DNA of 64,000 nucleotides from NCBI GenBank assembly GCA_000965745.1, contig CP009479.1, forward strand, positions 1,120,001 to 1,184,000, read 5' to 3'. Shown here in pieces: positions 48,322 through 59,057 of the stretch (position 1 is its first letter; each line of letters opens with the position of its first letter). The position numbers were made by a program, and so were the translations under genes. The notes under the pieces are model-generated. The model was given only the letters and a program-made list of their open reading frames with translations, did no database searches and was not told where the DNA came from. The DNA comes from an uncultured archaeon (GTDB lineage: Archaea; Thermoplasmatota; Thermoplasmata; Thermoplasmatales; Thermoplasmataceae).

Positions 48322-49985
48322 TCCGATGCCTCCCCATTCTCATCCGACCTCAACTGGAACCAGAAGAAAGACCTCGGGGCCATTGTAAAGAAATAGGGAT
48401 CGCTGCCTATGGCGGGAAACGGAGTATTGGACCGGGCTTCAAACGGCTTTAACCCTTCAAATTCAGGAAGCTCCACATGCAGAGACACGGGTTCCCTGGA
48501 CAGGTTCAGGAGAAAAAGCAGATGAACATCATCCCTGTTCCTCATGTAGACGAGGACTTTCCTGTTGTCAGTCTTGGGGAAACTTATTGTTCCAAGCCCT
48601 ATGGTTTCAGAATACTCCCTCCTGGTCCTTATCATCTTTCTAAGCCAGTTCAGGAATGAGGTATTGAGTTCAGACTGGGTCTCCACATTTGCAATTTCAT
48701 AGCTGTATGGAGCCCTGGTTACGATCGGGCTGTACAGTTTCTCAGGATCGGTTGATGAGAAGCCTGCATTTTTTCCCGAAGTCCACTGCATAGGAGTTCT
48801 GACCCCATCCCTGTCTCCGAGCTCAATGTTGTCGCCCATTCCGATCTCATCCCCGTAGTAGAGGATTGGAGTTCCGGGCATAGTGAGAATCAGGCTGTGG
48901 AGCATCTCCATTGTGGGCCTGTCCTGTTCCACAAGAGTTGAGAGCCTCCTCCTGATCCCAAGATTGAGCCTCATCCTTGGAACCTTTGCATACTCCTGGT
49001 ACATCAGGTCCCTCTCCTCATCCGTGACCATCTCAAGCGTCAACTCATCATGGTTTCTCAGGAAAACACCCCACGCACAGTTGTCGGGTATTCCGATAGT
49101 CTGGGCGATCACACTTACTATGGGCAGTGAATCCTCTTTGGCAAGGGCTATGAATATTCTGGGCATCAGCGGGAAATTGAAGGCCATGTGAAACTCATCG
49201 CCGTCTCCAAAGTATTTTGCGGCATCAGTTGGCCACTGGTTTGCTTCGGCAAGAAGGACTATACCGGGAAACTCATCGTCAACCATCTTCCTGAGCTCCT
49301 TGAAATAAAGGTGTGTTTCAGGCAGATTTTCGCAGTTCGTTTCCTCATCCTCGAACAGGTAGGGAACGGCATCACACCTGAAACCATCAACTCCCAACCC
49401 TGCCCAGAAGCGGACCACGTCCTTCACTGCCTCCCTCAATTCAGGGTTCTCATAATTCAGGTCGGGCTGGTGGCTGTAAAACCTGTGCCAGTAGAACTGC
49501 CCTGTTCCCTCATCCCATGTCCAGTTGGATTTTTCTGTGTCTATGAAGATTATCCTCGCGTTCCTGTATTTTTCGTCAGTGTCGCTCCAGACAAACCAGT
49601 CCCTTTTTGGGGAGTCCCTGCTTGATCTGGCTTCCCTGAACCATTCATGCTGATCCGAAACATGGTTCAGAACCAGGTCAATTATGACCTTGAGGCCAAG
49701 GGAATGAGCCTTCTCCAGGAATTCCTTAAAATCCTCGAGTGTCCCGTAATCGGGGTGGATGGAATAATAATCAGAAACATCGTAACCGCCATCCTTCATC
49801 GGCGATTCGTAGAAGGGAAGAAGCCATATGCAGTCCACACCAAGAAACGTGAAATATTCCAGCTTTTCCATCATCCCCCTGAAATCTCCGATCCCGTCTC
49901 CATTGGAGTCAAAGAACGACTTCACAGGAGTCTCGTAAAAGATTGCTTTTTTGTACCACAGCGGGTCATGGTCTGAAGAATTCAC
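48318..49985 (-). CDS. treS: Trehalose synthase (maltose alpha-D-glucosyltransferase)
   Basis: WYKKAIFYE, HRFYSHQPDLN, DAVPYL, LAEANQW, FLRNHDELTLE, GIRRRL, DRDGVRTPMQW. Confidence 0.95.
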   Translation of the reverse strand: MNSSDHDPLWYKKAIFYETPVKSFFDSNGDGIGDFRGMMEKLEYFTFLGVDCIWLLPFYESPMKDGGYDVSDYYSIHPDYGTLEDFKEFLEKAHSLGLKVIIDLVLNHVSDQHEWFREARSSRDSPKRDWFVWSDTDEKYRNARIIFIDTEKSNWTWDEGTGQFYWHRFYSHQPDLNYENPELREAVKDVVRFWAGLGVDGFRCDAVPYLFEDEETNCENLPETHLYFKELRKMVDDEFPGIVLLAEANQWPTDAAKYFGDGDEFHMAFNFPLMPRIFIALAKEDSLPIVSVIAQTIGIPDNCAWGVFLRNHDELTLEMVTDEERDLMYQEYAKVPRMRLNLGIRRRLSTLVEQDRPTMEMLHSLILTMPGTPILYYGDEIGMGDNIELGDRDGVRTPMQWTSGKNAGFSSTDPEKLYSPIVTRAPYSYEIANVETQSELNTSFLNWLRKMIRTRREYSETIGLGTISFPKTDNRKVLVYMRNRDDVHLLFLLNLSREPVSLHVELPEFEGLKPFEARSNTPFPAIGSDPYFFTMAPRSFFWFQLRSDENGEASD

Positions 49986-49990
49986 CTTAA

Positions 49991-51928
49991 TTACCTCACA
50001 AGCCTCAGTATGTGTGCAGACTGCTCACCCGGTTTCAGGCTCACGTGATTGTATTCGCCCTGCCACTCATAAACCTGATCCCTCATCAGGTCCCTCACCT
50101 TGAATGGTTTTCCATAGGGGATATTCAATTTCCACAGAGGAATTCTGATCCTTCCAGTGTGCGCCTCGAAGGGGTTTATGTTGACAATTATGATCAGAGG
50201 GTCTTCCGGATCGTCAGCCCAGCGCATGTATGCAACCATGTTAGGATTGTCTTTTTCAAGAAACTCTATGTTTCTGAAGCTCTGGAGCTGCATGTTCTCA
50301 CTCCTGATCATGTTCAGCCTGGCTATATGCGCTTTTATGTTTCCCTTCTGGCCGAAATTTCTTGCCCTGATCTCATACTTCTCGGAATTTAAATATTCTT
50401 CAGTTCCCGGCACCCCTTTGTTCTCGCAGAGTTCAAACCCGCTGTATATCCCCCACATTGGAGAAAGGGTTGCAGCAAGGACGGATCTCATAATGAAGGC
50501 TGGCCTGCCGCCTTCACGAAGCACGGCAGTCAGGATGTCAGGCGTGTTTGCAAAAAGGACAGGCCTGAAGTGTTTACCTGCTTTTCCCCCCGATATCTCC
50601 TTGAAATACTGTTCTATTTCCCAGTCATAATTCTTCCAGGTGAAGAAGCTGTATGAGCATGTGAATCCTATCCTTGAAAGCTTGTACATCACCTTTGGCC
50701 TTGTGAATGCTTCGGCAAGGAAGATTACATCCGGGTGCTCTTTCTTTATGTCTCCCAGTATCTCTTTCCAGAAATTGAAGGGCTTGGTGTGGGGGTTGTC
50801 TACCCTGAACACCCTGACTCCAACCTCTATCCAGTAAAGGAAAATACTTTTGAGTTCCTCCCATAGCTCCTTCCAGTTAGGATTGTCAAAGTTGAACGGA
50901 AAGATGTCATAGTACTTCTTGGGTGGATTCTCCGCGTACCTTATTGACCCATCAGGCCGGTGGTAGAACCACTCGGGGTGCTCGGACACGTAGGGGTGAT
51001 CAGGGGAACACTGGAACGCGATATCGAGTGCGATCTCGATTCCAGCCCTGCGTGCTTTCCTCAACAACCTCTTGAAGTCATTCAGGGTTCCCAGGTCCGG
51101 GTTTATGGACTTGTGACCGCCGAATGCGTTTCCTATGGCCCATGGGCTCCCAGGATCGCCCTTCTTCGCTTTCATCGCGCCATTCTTCCCTCTCCTGTTT
51201 GTTGCACCTATCGGATGAACGGGCGTCAGGTAGAGTATATCAAAACCCAGGGATTTCACATATTCAAGCGTGCTTTCGCAATCCCTGAACGTACCAGGTC
51301 TTCCCGGATCATCCGTCTGTGACCTTGGAAAAATCTCATACCAGCTTGAAAAAAATCCATAATGCGGAACAGACTCGATCTCAAGAACCGGGGAGTATGT
51401 TTTCAGCTTTGTTTTTTTCTGGTACTTCCTGAATACTGATACTGCTTCGGCGCTCTCGCCCAGAGCGATCGCATCCTTCACAGAGTATTCACTGTAGAGT
51501 GTCAGCATGGATTTGAGAAGCCTCTTCTCACCCTTGCTGGCCTTTCTGCGTATCGATGCAATGAGATTTTCAATGGTGTGAAAATCCGGGGAAATATCTT
51601 CCCCCGCATCAAGCCATTTCCTGATATTCTTAATCGCACCGGTATATCTATCGACCCACGCCTGCACCGTAAATTCATACATTCCAGGTGGGCCAATCCT
51701 GAGGTTGCAGGACCATCTGTCGTTGTCCCCTTTCTTCATGGGCCTGTATTTCCAGCCTCTATCTCCGATTCTCCTGTACCTGATCCTGGCATCTACCAAC
51801 TCAGTTCCATGAATGTAGATGTCTGCAGATACTGCCAGCCTCCGGCCTGAATTGGCTTTGTAGGGGCTTTTTCCGCCTGCCACTGATGGAAATACATTCT
51901 CGATAACTATCTGGTCGGAAACCCTCAT
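49991..51928 (-). CDS. glgE: Alpha-1,4-glucan:maltose-1-phosphate maltosyltransferase
   Basis: WYEIFPRS, PGSPWAIG, QCSPDHP, AENPPKKY.DI, FRVDNPHTKP, LAEAFT, NTPDIL, SEKYE. Confidence 0.95.
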   Translation of the reverse strand: MRVSDQIVIENVFPSVAGGKSPYKANSGRRLAVSADIYIHGTELVDARIRYRRIGDRGWKYRPMKKGDNDRWSCNLRIGPPGMYEFTVQAWVDRYTGAIKNIRKWLDAGEDISPDFHTIENLIASIRRKASKGEKRLLKSMLTLYSEYSVKDAIALGESAEAVSVFRKYQKKTKLKTYSPVLEIESVPHYGFFSSWYEIFPRSQTDDPGRPGTFRDCESTLEYVKSLGFDILYLTPVHPIGATNRRGKNGAMKAKKGDPGSPWAIGNAFGGHKSINPDLGTLNDFKRLLRKARRAGIEIALDIAFQCSPDHPYVSEHPEWFYHRPDGSIRYAENPPKKYYDIFPFNFDNPNWKELWEELKSIFLYWIEVGVRVFRVDNPHTKPFNFWKEILGDIKKEHPDVIFLAEAFTRPKVMYKLSRIGFTCSYSFFTWKNYDWEIEQYFKEISGGKAGKHFRPVLFANTPDILTAVLREGGRPAFIMRSVLAATLSPMWGIYSGFELCENKGVPGTEEYLNSEKYEIRARNFGQKGNIKAHIARLNMIRSENMQLQSFRNIEFLEKDNPNMVAYMRWADDPEDPLIIIVNINPFEAHTGRIRIPLWKLNIPYGKPFKVRDLMRDQVYEWQGEYNHVSLKPGEQSAHILRLVR

Positions 51929-51929
51929 T

Positions 51930-54125
51930 CTATGTACCTTCCACGCTGAGCACAAAAATCTCGCCGGCCAGTGGCGGAAGGGTAAGAGAGATAGAGTATT
52001 TTCTTCCGTGGCTCGGCTTCCTCTCGGATTTCACGGAACCAAGATTGCCGACCCCGCTTCCCCCGTATTCTTTGGCATCGCTGTTGAGCATCTCCTTGTA
52101 CACTCCCTCTTGATCAACACCTATCCTATACCCGTATCTCGGGACAGGCGTCATGTTGAAGACAAACAGGGCAGATTTCTTCCCTTCTTCTGAAAACCTG
52201 TAGAATGATATCACGCTGTTTTCAGTATCCTTGAAGTCAATCCACTGGAAACCCGGCGGGCTGCAGTCTCCCTGGTACAACTGAGGCATACTGCGGTACA
52301 GGCGGTTCAGGTCCTTTACGAGATGCATGAGGGAATTGTGCATTGGCTCATTCAGCAGTTCCCACTGTAGTGTGCCGTCGACGCTCCACTCTTTTGGCTG
52401 GCCGAATTCATCACCCATGAAGTGCAGCTTCTTTCCCGGGCTGCCTATCATGTACGTGTAAAGCAGCCTTAAGTTTGCAAATTTCTGCCACCTGTCCCCG
52501 GGCATCTTGTTGAGCATAGACCCTTTCATGTGGACGACCTCATCATGCGACAGGGGAAGGATGAATTTCTCGCTGAAAGCATACCAGGCCGAAAAAGTGA
52601 GGTTGTTATGCTCATGTTTCCGGTAGACAGGGTCGCGGGAAAAATAGTAGAGTGTATCGTGCATCCAGCCCATGTTCCATTTGAAGTCAAAGCCCAGCCC
52701 TCCCTGGTAGTGGGGTATTGTTACTCCTCCCCAGGCCGTGGATTCCTCAGCAACGGTGATGACTCCGGGATAGTTGTCATGGATCGATCTGTTCAGGTAC
52801 TTGATGAAATCGATTGCCTCGAGGTTCTCCCTCCCTCCATGTATGTTCGGGAGCCATTCTCCTTTTTTTCTTGAATAGTCCAGGTATAGCATGGAGGAGA
52901 CAGCATCAATCCTGATCCCGTCGATGTGATACTGTTCCAGCCAGAAAACTGCGTTCGATGACAGAAAGGCCCTTACCTCGTTCCTTCCATAATTGAAAAT
53001 CCTGGTGCCCCAGTCGGGATGAAACCCTCTCCTTGGATCTTCATGATCGTAAAGGTGCGTGCCATCAAAATTGGACAGCCCGTACTCATCAGACGGAAAA
53101 TGGGCAGGGACCCAGTCGAGAATAACGCCAATGCCGTTGACGTGGCACTGGTCCACAAAGTACATGAAGTCCTCAGGCGTGCCGTACCTCGATGTAGGCG
53201 AGTAATAGCTGACCACCTGGTATCCCCACGATCCGTCAAAAGGGTGCTCCATAACGGGCATTAGCTCTACGTGTGTGTAACCGAGGTCTTTCAAGTATGG
53301 TATCAGCTGGTCCGCTATGTCCCTGTAGTTAAGGAATTCCCGAGGATTTTCCCCCGGACGCCTCCACGAGCCGAGATGCATCTCGTAAATCAGGAGAGGC
53401 TCTTCATAGAAGTTCCACCTTTTTCTTTCTTCAACCCACCTGTTATCTTTCCAGTCATAGTTAAGGGGAGATACAACAGATCCCGTTCTTGGCCTGAGCT
53501 CAGTGCGGAAGGCGTACGGGTCAGCTTTGTCCAGAACTTTTCCGCTGCCAGTCCTGATCGCATACTTGTACACCTCTCCTCCCGTTACTCTTGGTACAAA
53601 GACTTCCCATATCCCTGAATCGCTGACGTTGGTCATGGGGGTGGCCCCTGCAATCCAGTGATTGAAATCGGCGATCACAGAAACAGCCCGAGCAGTTGGG
53701 GCCCACACTGTAAACCTGACTCCGGCAACTCCATCTCTCTCCTCGAAATGGGCACCAAAGGTCTCATAGCTTTTCAGAAATTCGCCTTTCTTGAACAGAT
53801 ATACATCATAATCGCTCACTGTGGCAGTGAAGGAATATGGATCCTCCCTCTTTTCCGTGTATCCGGATTTTTCGGTGAAACAGATCAGGTAATTGCGCCT
53901 GAATTCAGACTTTTTCACTTCTGCCCTGAAAGTTTTTCCGTTTCCTGATCGTTTCATATTGACAACGGAACCCTCCGGGCTGTTCTCTATCCAGGCATTT
54001 TCTGCCCTTGGCAAGTAAGCAACAATCCTGTAACTGCCCTCACCAGTAACATGCGGGCCCATCGTTCTTTCCGGATGGGCTTCATTGAATCCGGCGATTC
54101 TGAGTTCCTGCTCCGACAGAGACAT
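51930..54125 (-). CDS. glgB: GH13 1,4-alpha-glucan branching enzyme
   Basis: YE.HLGSW, SWGYQ, DWVPAHFP, RIDAVSSMLY.DYSR, AEES, KWNMGWMHD, LSHDEVVH.K. Confidence 0.95.
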   Translation of the reverse strand: MSLSEQELRIAGFNEAHPERTMGPHVTGEGSYRIVAYLPRAENAWIENSPEGSVVNMKRSGNGKTFRAEVKKSEFRRNYLICFTEKSGYTEKREDPYSFTATVSDYDVYLFKKGEFLKSYETFGAHFEERDGVAGVRFTVWAPTARAVSVIADFNHWIAGATPMTNVSDSGIWEVFVPRVTGGEVYKYAIRTGSGKVLDKADPYAFRTELRPRTGSVVSPLNYDWKDNRWVEERKRWNFYEEPLLIYEMHLGSWRRPGENPREFLNYRDIADQLIPYLKDLGYTHVELMPVMEHPFDGSWGYQVVSYYSPTSRYGTPEDFMYFVDQCHVNGIGVILDWVPAHFPSDEYGLSNFDGTHLYDHEDPRRGFHPDWGTRIFNYGRNEVRAFLSSNAVFWLEQYHIDGIRIDAVSSMLYLDYSRKKGEWLPNIHGGRENLEAIDFIKYLNRSIHDNYPGVITVAEESTAWGGVTIPHYQGGLGFDFKWNMGWMHDTLYYFSRDPVYRKHEHNNLTFSAWYAFSEKFILPLSHDEVVHMKGSMLNKMPGDRWQKFANLRLLYTYMIGSPGKKLHFMGDEFGQPKEWSVDGTLQWELLNEPMHNSLMHLVKDLNRLYRSMPQLYQGDCSPPGFQWIDFKDTENSVISFYRFSEEGKKSALFVFNMTPVPRYGYRIGVDQEGVYKEMLNSDAKEYGGSGVGNLGSVKSERKPSHGRKYSISLTLPPLAGEIFVLSVEGT

Positions 54126-54294
54126 ATGCAGTATATATTAGAGCAACACTATTATACAAACATTATGGAATATCGCCCGAATAAAAAATGGCGCATTTGG
54201 GCAGATAATCACTCAGTACAATTCTCCGGGCGCCTGAAATATCCGAAAGGCGAACACGCAAAGAATTAAGAGTCGAATTCACTTCACACCTTAC

Positions 54295-56244
54295 ATGGTA
54301 AGATATCTTCCATTGGCAAATGGGAGACTCAAGGTAAGTTTTGACCGTAATCACAGGATAGCAGACTTCTATTTTTCGGAATTTGCGACCGAAAACCACG
54401 CAGGAGGAAGCACCTTCAGGCATGGAATATCGGTAAACGGAGATTTCCGCTGGGTGGATTCAGACATCATACGAAACATGACTTACTTTGACCATACACT
54501 TGTGGGGAATGTTGTCTACGAGGTTGATGGTCTCACAGTGGAGAATTTTGATGCAGTTGACATCTACAAGGACATCTACCTGAGGAAAGTTAAAATAAGC
54601 AACAGGACAGACCAGCGAAAGGAAGTCAGGTTCTTTTATCACCAGAATTTCAATATCCGGGGAAGCGACATAGGCGATACCGCCCAGTATGTGCCTGAAC
54701 TCCTCGGCGTAATGCATTACAAGGCGGACGCCTATTTTCTTGCGTCCGTGCTGGATCAGTTCGGGAACAGCATTGACCAGTATGCAACCGGCGTTGAGAA
54801 ATTTGATGGCAAAGAGGGGACATGGAAGGATGCAGAGGACTCTGAACTCTCAATGAACCCTGTGTCCATAGGTTCTGTAGACTCAGTAGTACGGTATTCA
54901 CTAACAGTTGAGCCTGGCGGGGAATCCGAGTTTTTCTATTTCATACTCTGCGCAGACCAGATGAAGAACCTGTCGGAACTCAGGAAGAACATCAGCTACA
55001 CAGACCTAGAAAAAAGCCTGGCAAGAACATCAAATTACTGGAGGTTGTGGTCATCGAAAAAACAGCTTGCCATGGACGAAGCCGCCAATTCCCTTTACAC
55101 ATCCTCACTCCTTATTCTCAGGACTCACGCCAATGACATCGGGGCAATTGTTGCATCCTGCGACAGTGATGTCCAGGGGTTCAACAAGGATGGATATTAC
55201 TATGTATGGCCCCGTGACTCATCCTTTGCTGCGTACTCTATGGCCCGTGCCGGCCACAGTACCCCTGCGAGGGCTTTCTTCACTTTCTGCGGCAATGCAA
55301 TCACCGATGAAGGGTATCTTCAACACAAGTACAGGGCAGACGGGGCACCTGCCAGCACATGGCTCCCGCACGTAATCAATGGAGTGCCAATTCTTCCTGT
55401 TCAGGAGGACGAAACTTCCCTCGTGCTCTGGGCGCTGAAAAAGTACTTTGAAGAATACAGGGATGTCGAATTCATATCCTCGATTTATGAGAAGCTGATC
55501 AGAAAGGCCGCGGATTTCGTAGTTGCTTTTACTGGGGAAAACGGCCTGCCAAAGGAATCATTTGATCTCTGGGAAGAACGCTATGGCGTTCATGCGTATA
55601 CCGTTGCCACTTCATACGCTGCACTCAAGGCGGCTGCGTATTTCGCAGACGTGTTCGGGGATGTCGAAATGGCAGTGGTCTACAACAACCAGGCTGAGAT
55701 AATGTCCGAGGCTTTTGAAAGGCTTTTCTATTCCGAAGAGAAGGGTTACTATGCCAGGGCGATAATAGGAGGTGTCCCTGACTTTACGGTTGACAGCTCA
55801 TTAACCTCGCTTTACAATTTTGGATTCCGGGACCACCGGAACCCCAGGGTGAAGGCAACGGTGCAGCAGATAGAGAACAGGCTATGGGTCGGGCAATCCG
55901 GAGGAATAGCACGATATGAGAATGATCCTTATCAGCGGAGGTCGTTCAGTTCAGACACCCCCGGCAATCCATGGATAATTACAACCCTCTGGGTGGCAGA
56001 TTACCACATCAAGACAGGCGACCTTCCAAAGGCTAGGAAGTACATTGACTGGGTTATTTCTACCAGGAATTCCACGGGAGTATTGCCGGAACAGGTGAAC
56101 CCCCTTGATTTGTCTCACATTTCAGCTTCTCCACTTGTATGGAGCCATGCCCAGTTTATAATCACTCTGATGGATTACAAGGAAGCCCTTGAAACCAAGT
56201 CCGGCCAGCAAGTGAGGGCAGATCCGCTTCCACTGAGAAGTTGA
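54295..56244 (+). CDS. GH15 glucoamylase / glucan 1,4-alpha-glucosidase
   Basis: Y.YVWPRD, QEDET, DLWEE, LPEQ, PLVWSHA. Confidence 0.9.
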   Translation: MVRYLPLANGRLKVSFDRNHRIADFYFSEFATENHAGGSTFRHGISVNGDFRWVDSDIIRNMTYFDHTLVGNVVYEVDGLTVENFDAVDIYKDIYLRKVKISNRTDQRKEVRFFYHQNFNIRGSDIGDTAQYVPELLGVMHYKADAYFLASVLDQFGNSIDQYATGVEKFDGKEGTWKDAEDSELSMNPVSIGSVDSVVRYSLTVEPGGESEFFYFILCADQMKNLSELRKNISYTDLEKSLARTSNYWRLWSSKKQLAMDEAANSLYTSSLLILRTHANDIGAIVASCDSDVQGFNKDGYYYVWPRDSSFAAYSMARAGHSTPARAFFTFCGNAITDEGYLQHKYRADGAPASTWLPHVINGVPILPVQEDETSLVLWALKKYFEEYRDVEFISSIYEKLIRKAADFVVAFTGENGLPKESFDLWEERYGVHAYTVATSYAALKAAAYFADVFGDVEMAVVYNNQAEIMSEAFERLFYSEEKGYYARAIIGGVPDFTVDSSLTSLYNFGFRDHRNPRVKATVQQIENRLWVGQSGGIARYENDPYQRRSFSSDTPGNPWIITTLWVADYHIKTGDLPKARKYIDWVISTRNSTGVLPEQVNPLDLSHISASPLVWSHAQFIITLMDYKEALETKSGQQVRADPLPLRS

Positions 56245-56258
56245 TTTCCTTCATCTGT

Positions 56259-57239
56259 TTATGAGTTGTAGATTGTGAGCACTGTTTCCAGATCTCTCAG
56301 TGCCAGTTCAGGCGGGAATGGAACATCGGAATCGTTGTTTATGCTGTCAATGAATCCCTGAATCTCAGCATAGAACACATCGAAATACCCGGTCTGAAGG
56401 ATCCTGTTATTCACGACTGGGTCTCCAAATGCCCGGTAACCTCTCAGGGCCTGGAACCCAGGCCCCGGCCTTGTCCCCAGATCCTCTATTATTGCACCGT
56501 TGTCGCCGATTATCTCATAAGAGGGGACCTGCAGCATGCCGGAATATGCCCAGGAGTGAAAAAGGAGGCCCTTGGCACCGCTCGTGAAGTCGAATATTGC
56601 CATTGCAGTATCTTCGGCAGCCCTTAAAGAGTCGCCCTTGTAGCATCTTGAAGTTACAGCCTCATATTCGCCGCCTATGTTCAGCATGGCATCGACAAAA
56701 TGGATTCCGCCGTCTATGAGGGACCCTCCGCCATTTGCCACCGGGTCCCACCTCCACTCTGTTCCTCGGTGAAGTCTCTGGTTTCTCATTATGATGGTGT
56801 GCATTCTGCCAATCTCGTTTTTCAGGATTGAGTCCCTTATTCTTGCTATTGCCGGGTCGAAATAATATTGTTCTGCAACCATCAGTTTTTTCCCGGTTTT
56901 TTTCGACAGTCCAATCATTGATCTTGCATCTTTAACATCTGTAGCAAGTGGTTTCTCAACAATCACATGTTTACCTGCATTCAGTGCCTTCAACGCCATA
57001 GGGGCATGGAGGTTATGCGGCACAACAAGGTCGATCATGTCCGCATTGCTCCTGAGCGCTTCATCGAATCCACCGTAGACAGATTTTATGTTGTAGTTGT
57101 CCCTGCATAATTTCACGGTTTCGTGGTCTCTCTCAACTATGCTGACATCGACATCGATTTTGGAGAGCGCTTCGAGGTGATACTTTCCGAAACCTCTGCA
57201 GCCTACAACCACGTATTCCATTGGAAAAAGTATTCTCAC
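56259..57239 (-). CDS. Gfo/Idh/MocA oxidoreductase
   Basis: VVGC.GFG, AGKHVIVEKP, GGGSLIDGGIH. Confidence 0.9.
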   Translation of the reverse strand: MRILFPMEYVVVGCRGFGKYHLEALSKIDVDVSIVERDHETVKLCRDNYNIKSVYGGFDEALRSNADMIDLVVPHNLHAPMALKALNAGKHVIVEKPLATDVKDARSMIGLSKKTGKKLMVAEQYYFDPAIARIRDSILKNEIGRMHTIIMRNQRLHRGTEWRWDPVANGGGSLIDGGIHFVDAMLNIGGEYEAVTSRCYKGDSLRAAEDTAMAIFDFTSGAKGLLFHSWAYSGMLQVPSYEIIGDNGAIIEDLGTRPGPGFQALRGYRAFGDPVVNNRILQTGYFDVFYAEIQGFIDSINNDSDVPFPPELALRDLETVLTIYNS

Positions 57240-57288
57240 ATCGTTTAACTATTTTGGGAGAGTCGGCGTGTATCTGCGGGCGGTGACA

Positions 57289-57881
57289 CTAAACCTCCTT
57301 CACAATATCGAATTCATCACCATTTCCAGATGACTCCCTGCTGTACTCAGAATGGCCCCTGAGAATCCGGATGGATTCGCCAATCAGCATCCCCGCAGTC
57401 AGGGCCAGGACTGAATCAACTATGAAGGCAATCTCGAAGTTCGCGCCGTAGGCGCAAACAGGGTGGGCCTGGCCACGTATGGGGCGAGCCAAATTACCGT
57501 CACCACGGGCGATCTCTTGAAGAATAGGGCTCACCCGTTTTTGAGGAACGAGATCTGTTTACCGAACATGTAACCTATGCCAAAACCTACCGGCATTGTT
57601 AGTAGTGATTTAAATGCTATAGGATAAGCATATTCGAGGGGAACTATGATCGCTGCGGTAAGAATCACATAGATGATCGGGAGGGACAGGACTCTTCCCC
57701 TGCTGAATCTTCGCCCTCTCACTGCCCACATTATACGCCTTACAACAACCCAATCAACAATTACGAGTAAGAAAGCAAGGTCCCCTGGATTTCCCAATCC
57801 GGTGGGGGAGGTGGCGGTGTCTGGCTTGAAGCGCTGTCGAGAATTGAAATAAGGGCTTTCTCCAGCAACAATATCTGACAT
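57289..57881 (-). pseudogene. DUF1453/CcdC-like membrane protein, disrupted
   Basis: In-frame TGA 57531-57533 followed by family-like LFFKRSP..V.IWL, then frameshift near 57450 into frame of ORF 57289-57534. Confidence 0.6.
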
Positions 57882-57980
57882 CTGTCAGATTTTGTCTTAT
57901 AAATATTCTCGATGCAAATTCCGTCCGGAAACCCTTCAGACCCGATATCTATTATGTATCCCGGGCATAACAGTTCAAAG

Positions 57981-59057
57981 ATGTGCAATCCGGATACCAC
58001 CCACAGGATATACTTTGAAAAGTCTCACGAAATGAAACAGCTTGAGGACGAATCTGTGGACCTGGTGGTCACTTCTCCACCGTACCCTATGATCTCAATG
58101 TGGGACGACCTTTTCACTTCCATGAGCCCGGAAATCGGTCTGCAACTTAACACCGAAAACGGATGGATCGCATTTGACATGATGCACACTGAACTCGATA
58201 AGACATGGGGCGAACTGTACAGGGTTATGAGGAACGGCGGGCTTGTCTGCATTAATGTCGGAGATGCCACCAGGAAGGTGGGGAATGAGTTTGCTCTATA
58301 TTCATCACACAGCAGGATAACAGAACTGATGCTGCAGCATGGCTTTCATGCCCTCACAGGCATATTGTGGAGAAAGCCTACCAACTCCCCGAACAAGTTC
58401 ATGGGGTCCGGAATGCTCCCAGCGGGAGCCTACATAACTCTTGAACATGAACATATCCTCGTCTTCAGGAAGGGCGGGAAGAGGGTGTTCGCCACCGAGA
58501 AGGAAAGGGAGAACAGGCGCAAGAGCTCATATTTCTGGGAGGAAAGGAACAGGTGGTTTTCAGATATATGGCAGGACCTAAAGGGTGCAAGCCAGATCCT
58601 TGACCCGGAAGGGCCAAGGAAGAGAAGCGCTGCATTCCCCATCGAATTGCCGTTCAGGCTCATAAACATGTTTTCAGTGAAGGGTGACACAGTTCTCGAT
58701 CCCTTCCTCGGTACCGGAACCACGTCGGTTGCTGCCCTGATGTCGCAGAGATGCAGCATTGGGTATGAAATGGATGAAAAACTATCCGGGATTATACACG
58801 AGAGAATTACAAATTCAGGAAGCATTTCAAACGCGTATCTTATGGACAGGGTCCTGAAGCACAGGGAATTTGTCAGTAACCAGCAGGAACTCGGGAAACA
58901 GTTCAAATATCACAACGACCACCTCGGAGTGCCTGTGAAAGAACGTTCCGAACAGTACATTGAGCTGAACCTTGTCAAAAAAGTCTCACCGATTGAGCCG
59001 GGAAGGCACTATACGACAATTTACGAGCCTGTCAAGCCTCTTCCGGGGAGACGGTGA
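57981..59057 (+). CDS. Orphan beta-class N4/N6 DNA methyltransferase
   Basis: VVTSPPY before VLDPFLGTGTT; no adjacent endonuclease. Confidence 0.88.
   Translation: MCNPDTTHRIYFEKSHEMKQLEDESVDLVVTSPPYPMISMWDDLFTSMSPEIGLQLNTENGWIAFDMMHTELDKTWGELYRVMRNGGLVCINVGDATRKVGNEFALYSSHSRITELMLQHGFHALTGILWRKPTNSPNKFMGSGMLPAGAYITLEHEHILVFRKGGKRVFATEKERENRRKSSYFWEERNRWFSDIWQDLKGASQILDPEGPRKRSAAFPIELPFRLINMFSVKGDTVLDPFLGTGTTSVAALMSQRCSIGYEMDEKLSGIIHERITNSGSISNAYLMDRVLKHREFVSNQQELGKQFKYHNDHLGVPVKERSEQYIELNLVKKVSPIEPGRHYTTIYEPVKPLPGRR

Noticed and set aside
57531-57533. TGA as a selenocysteine/readthrough codon
   Set aside because: A second lesion (frameshift) follows; membrane protein with no catalytic Cys context
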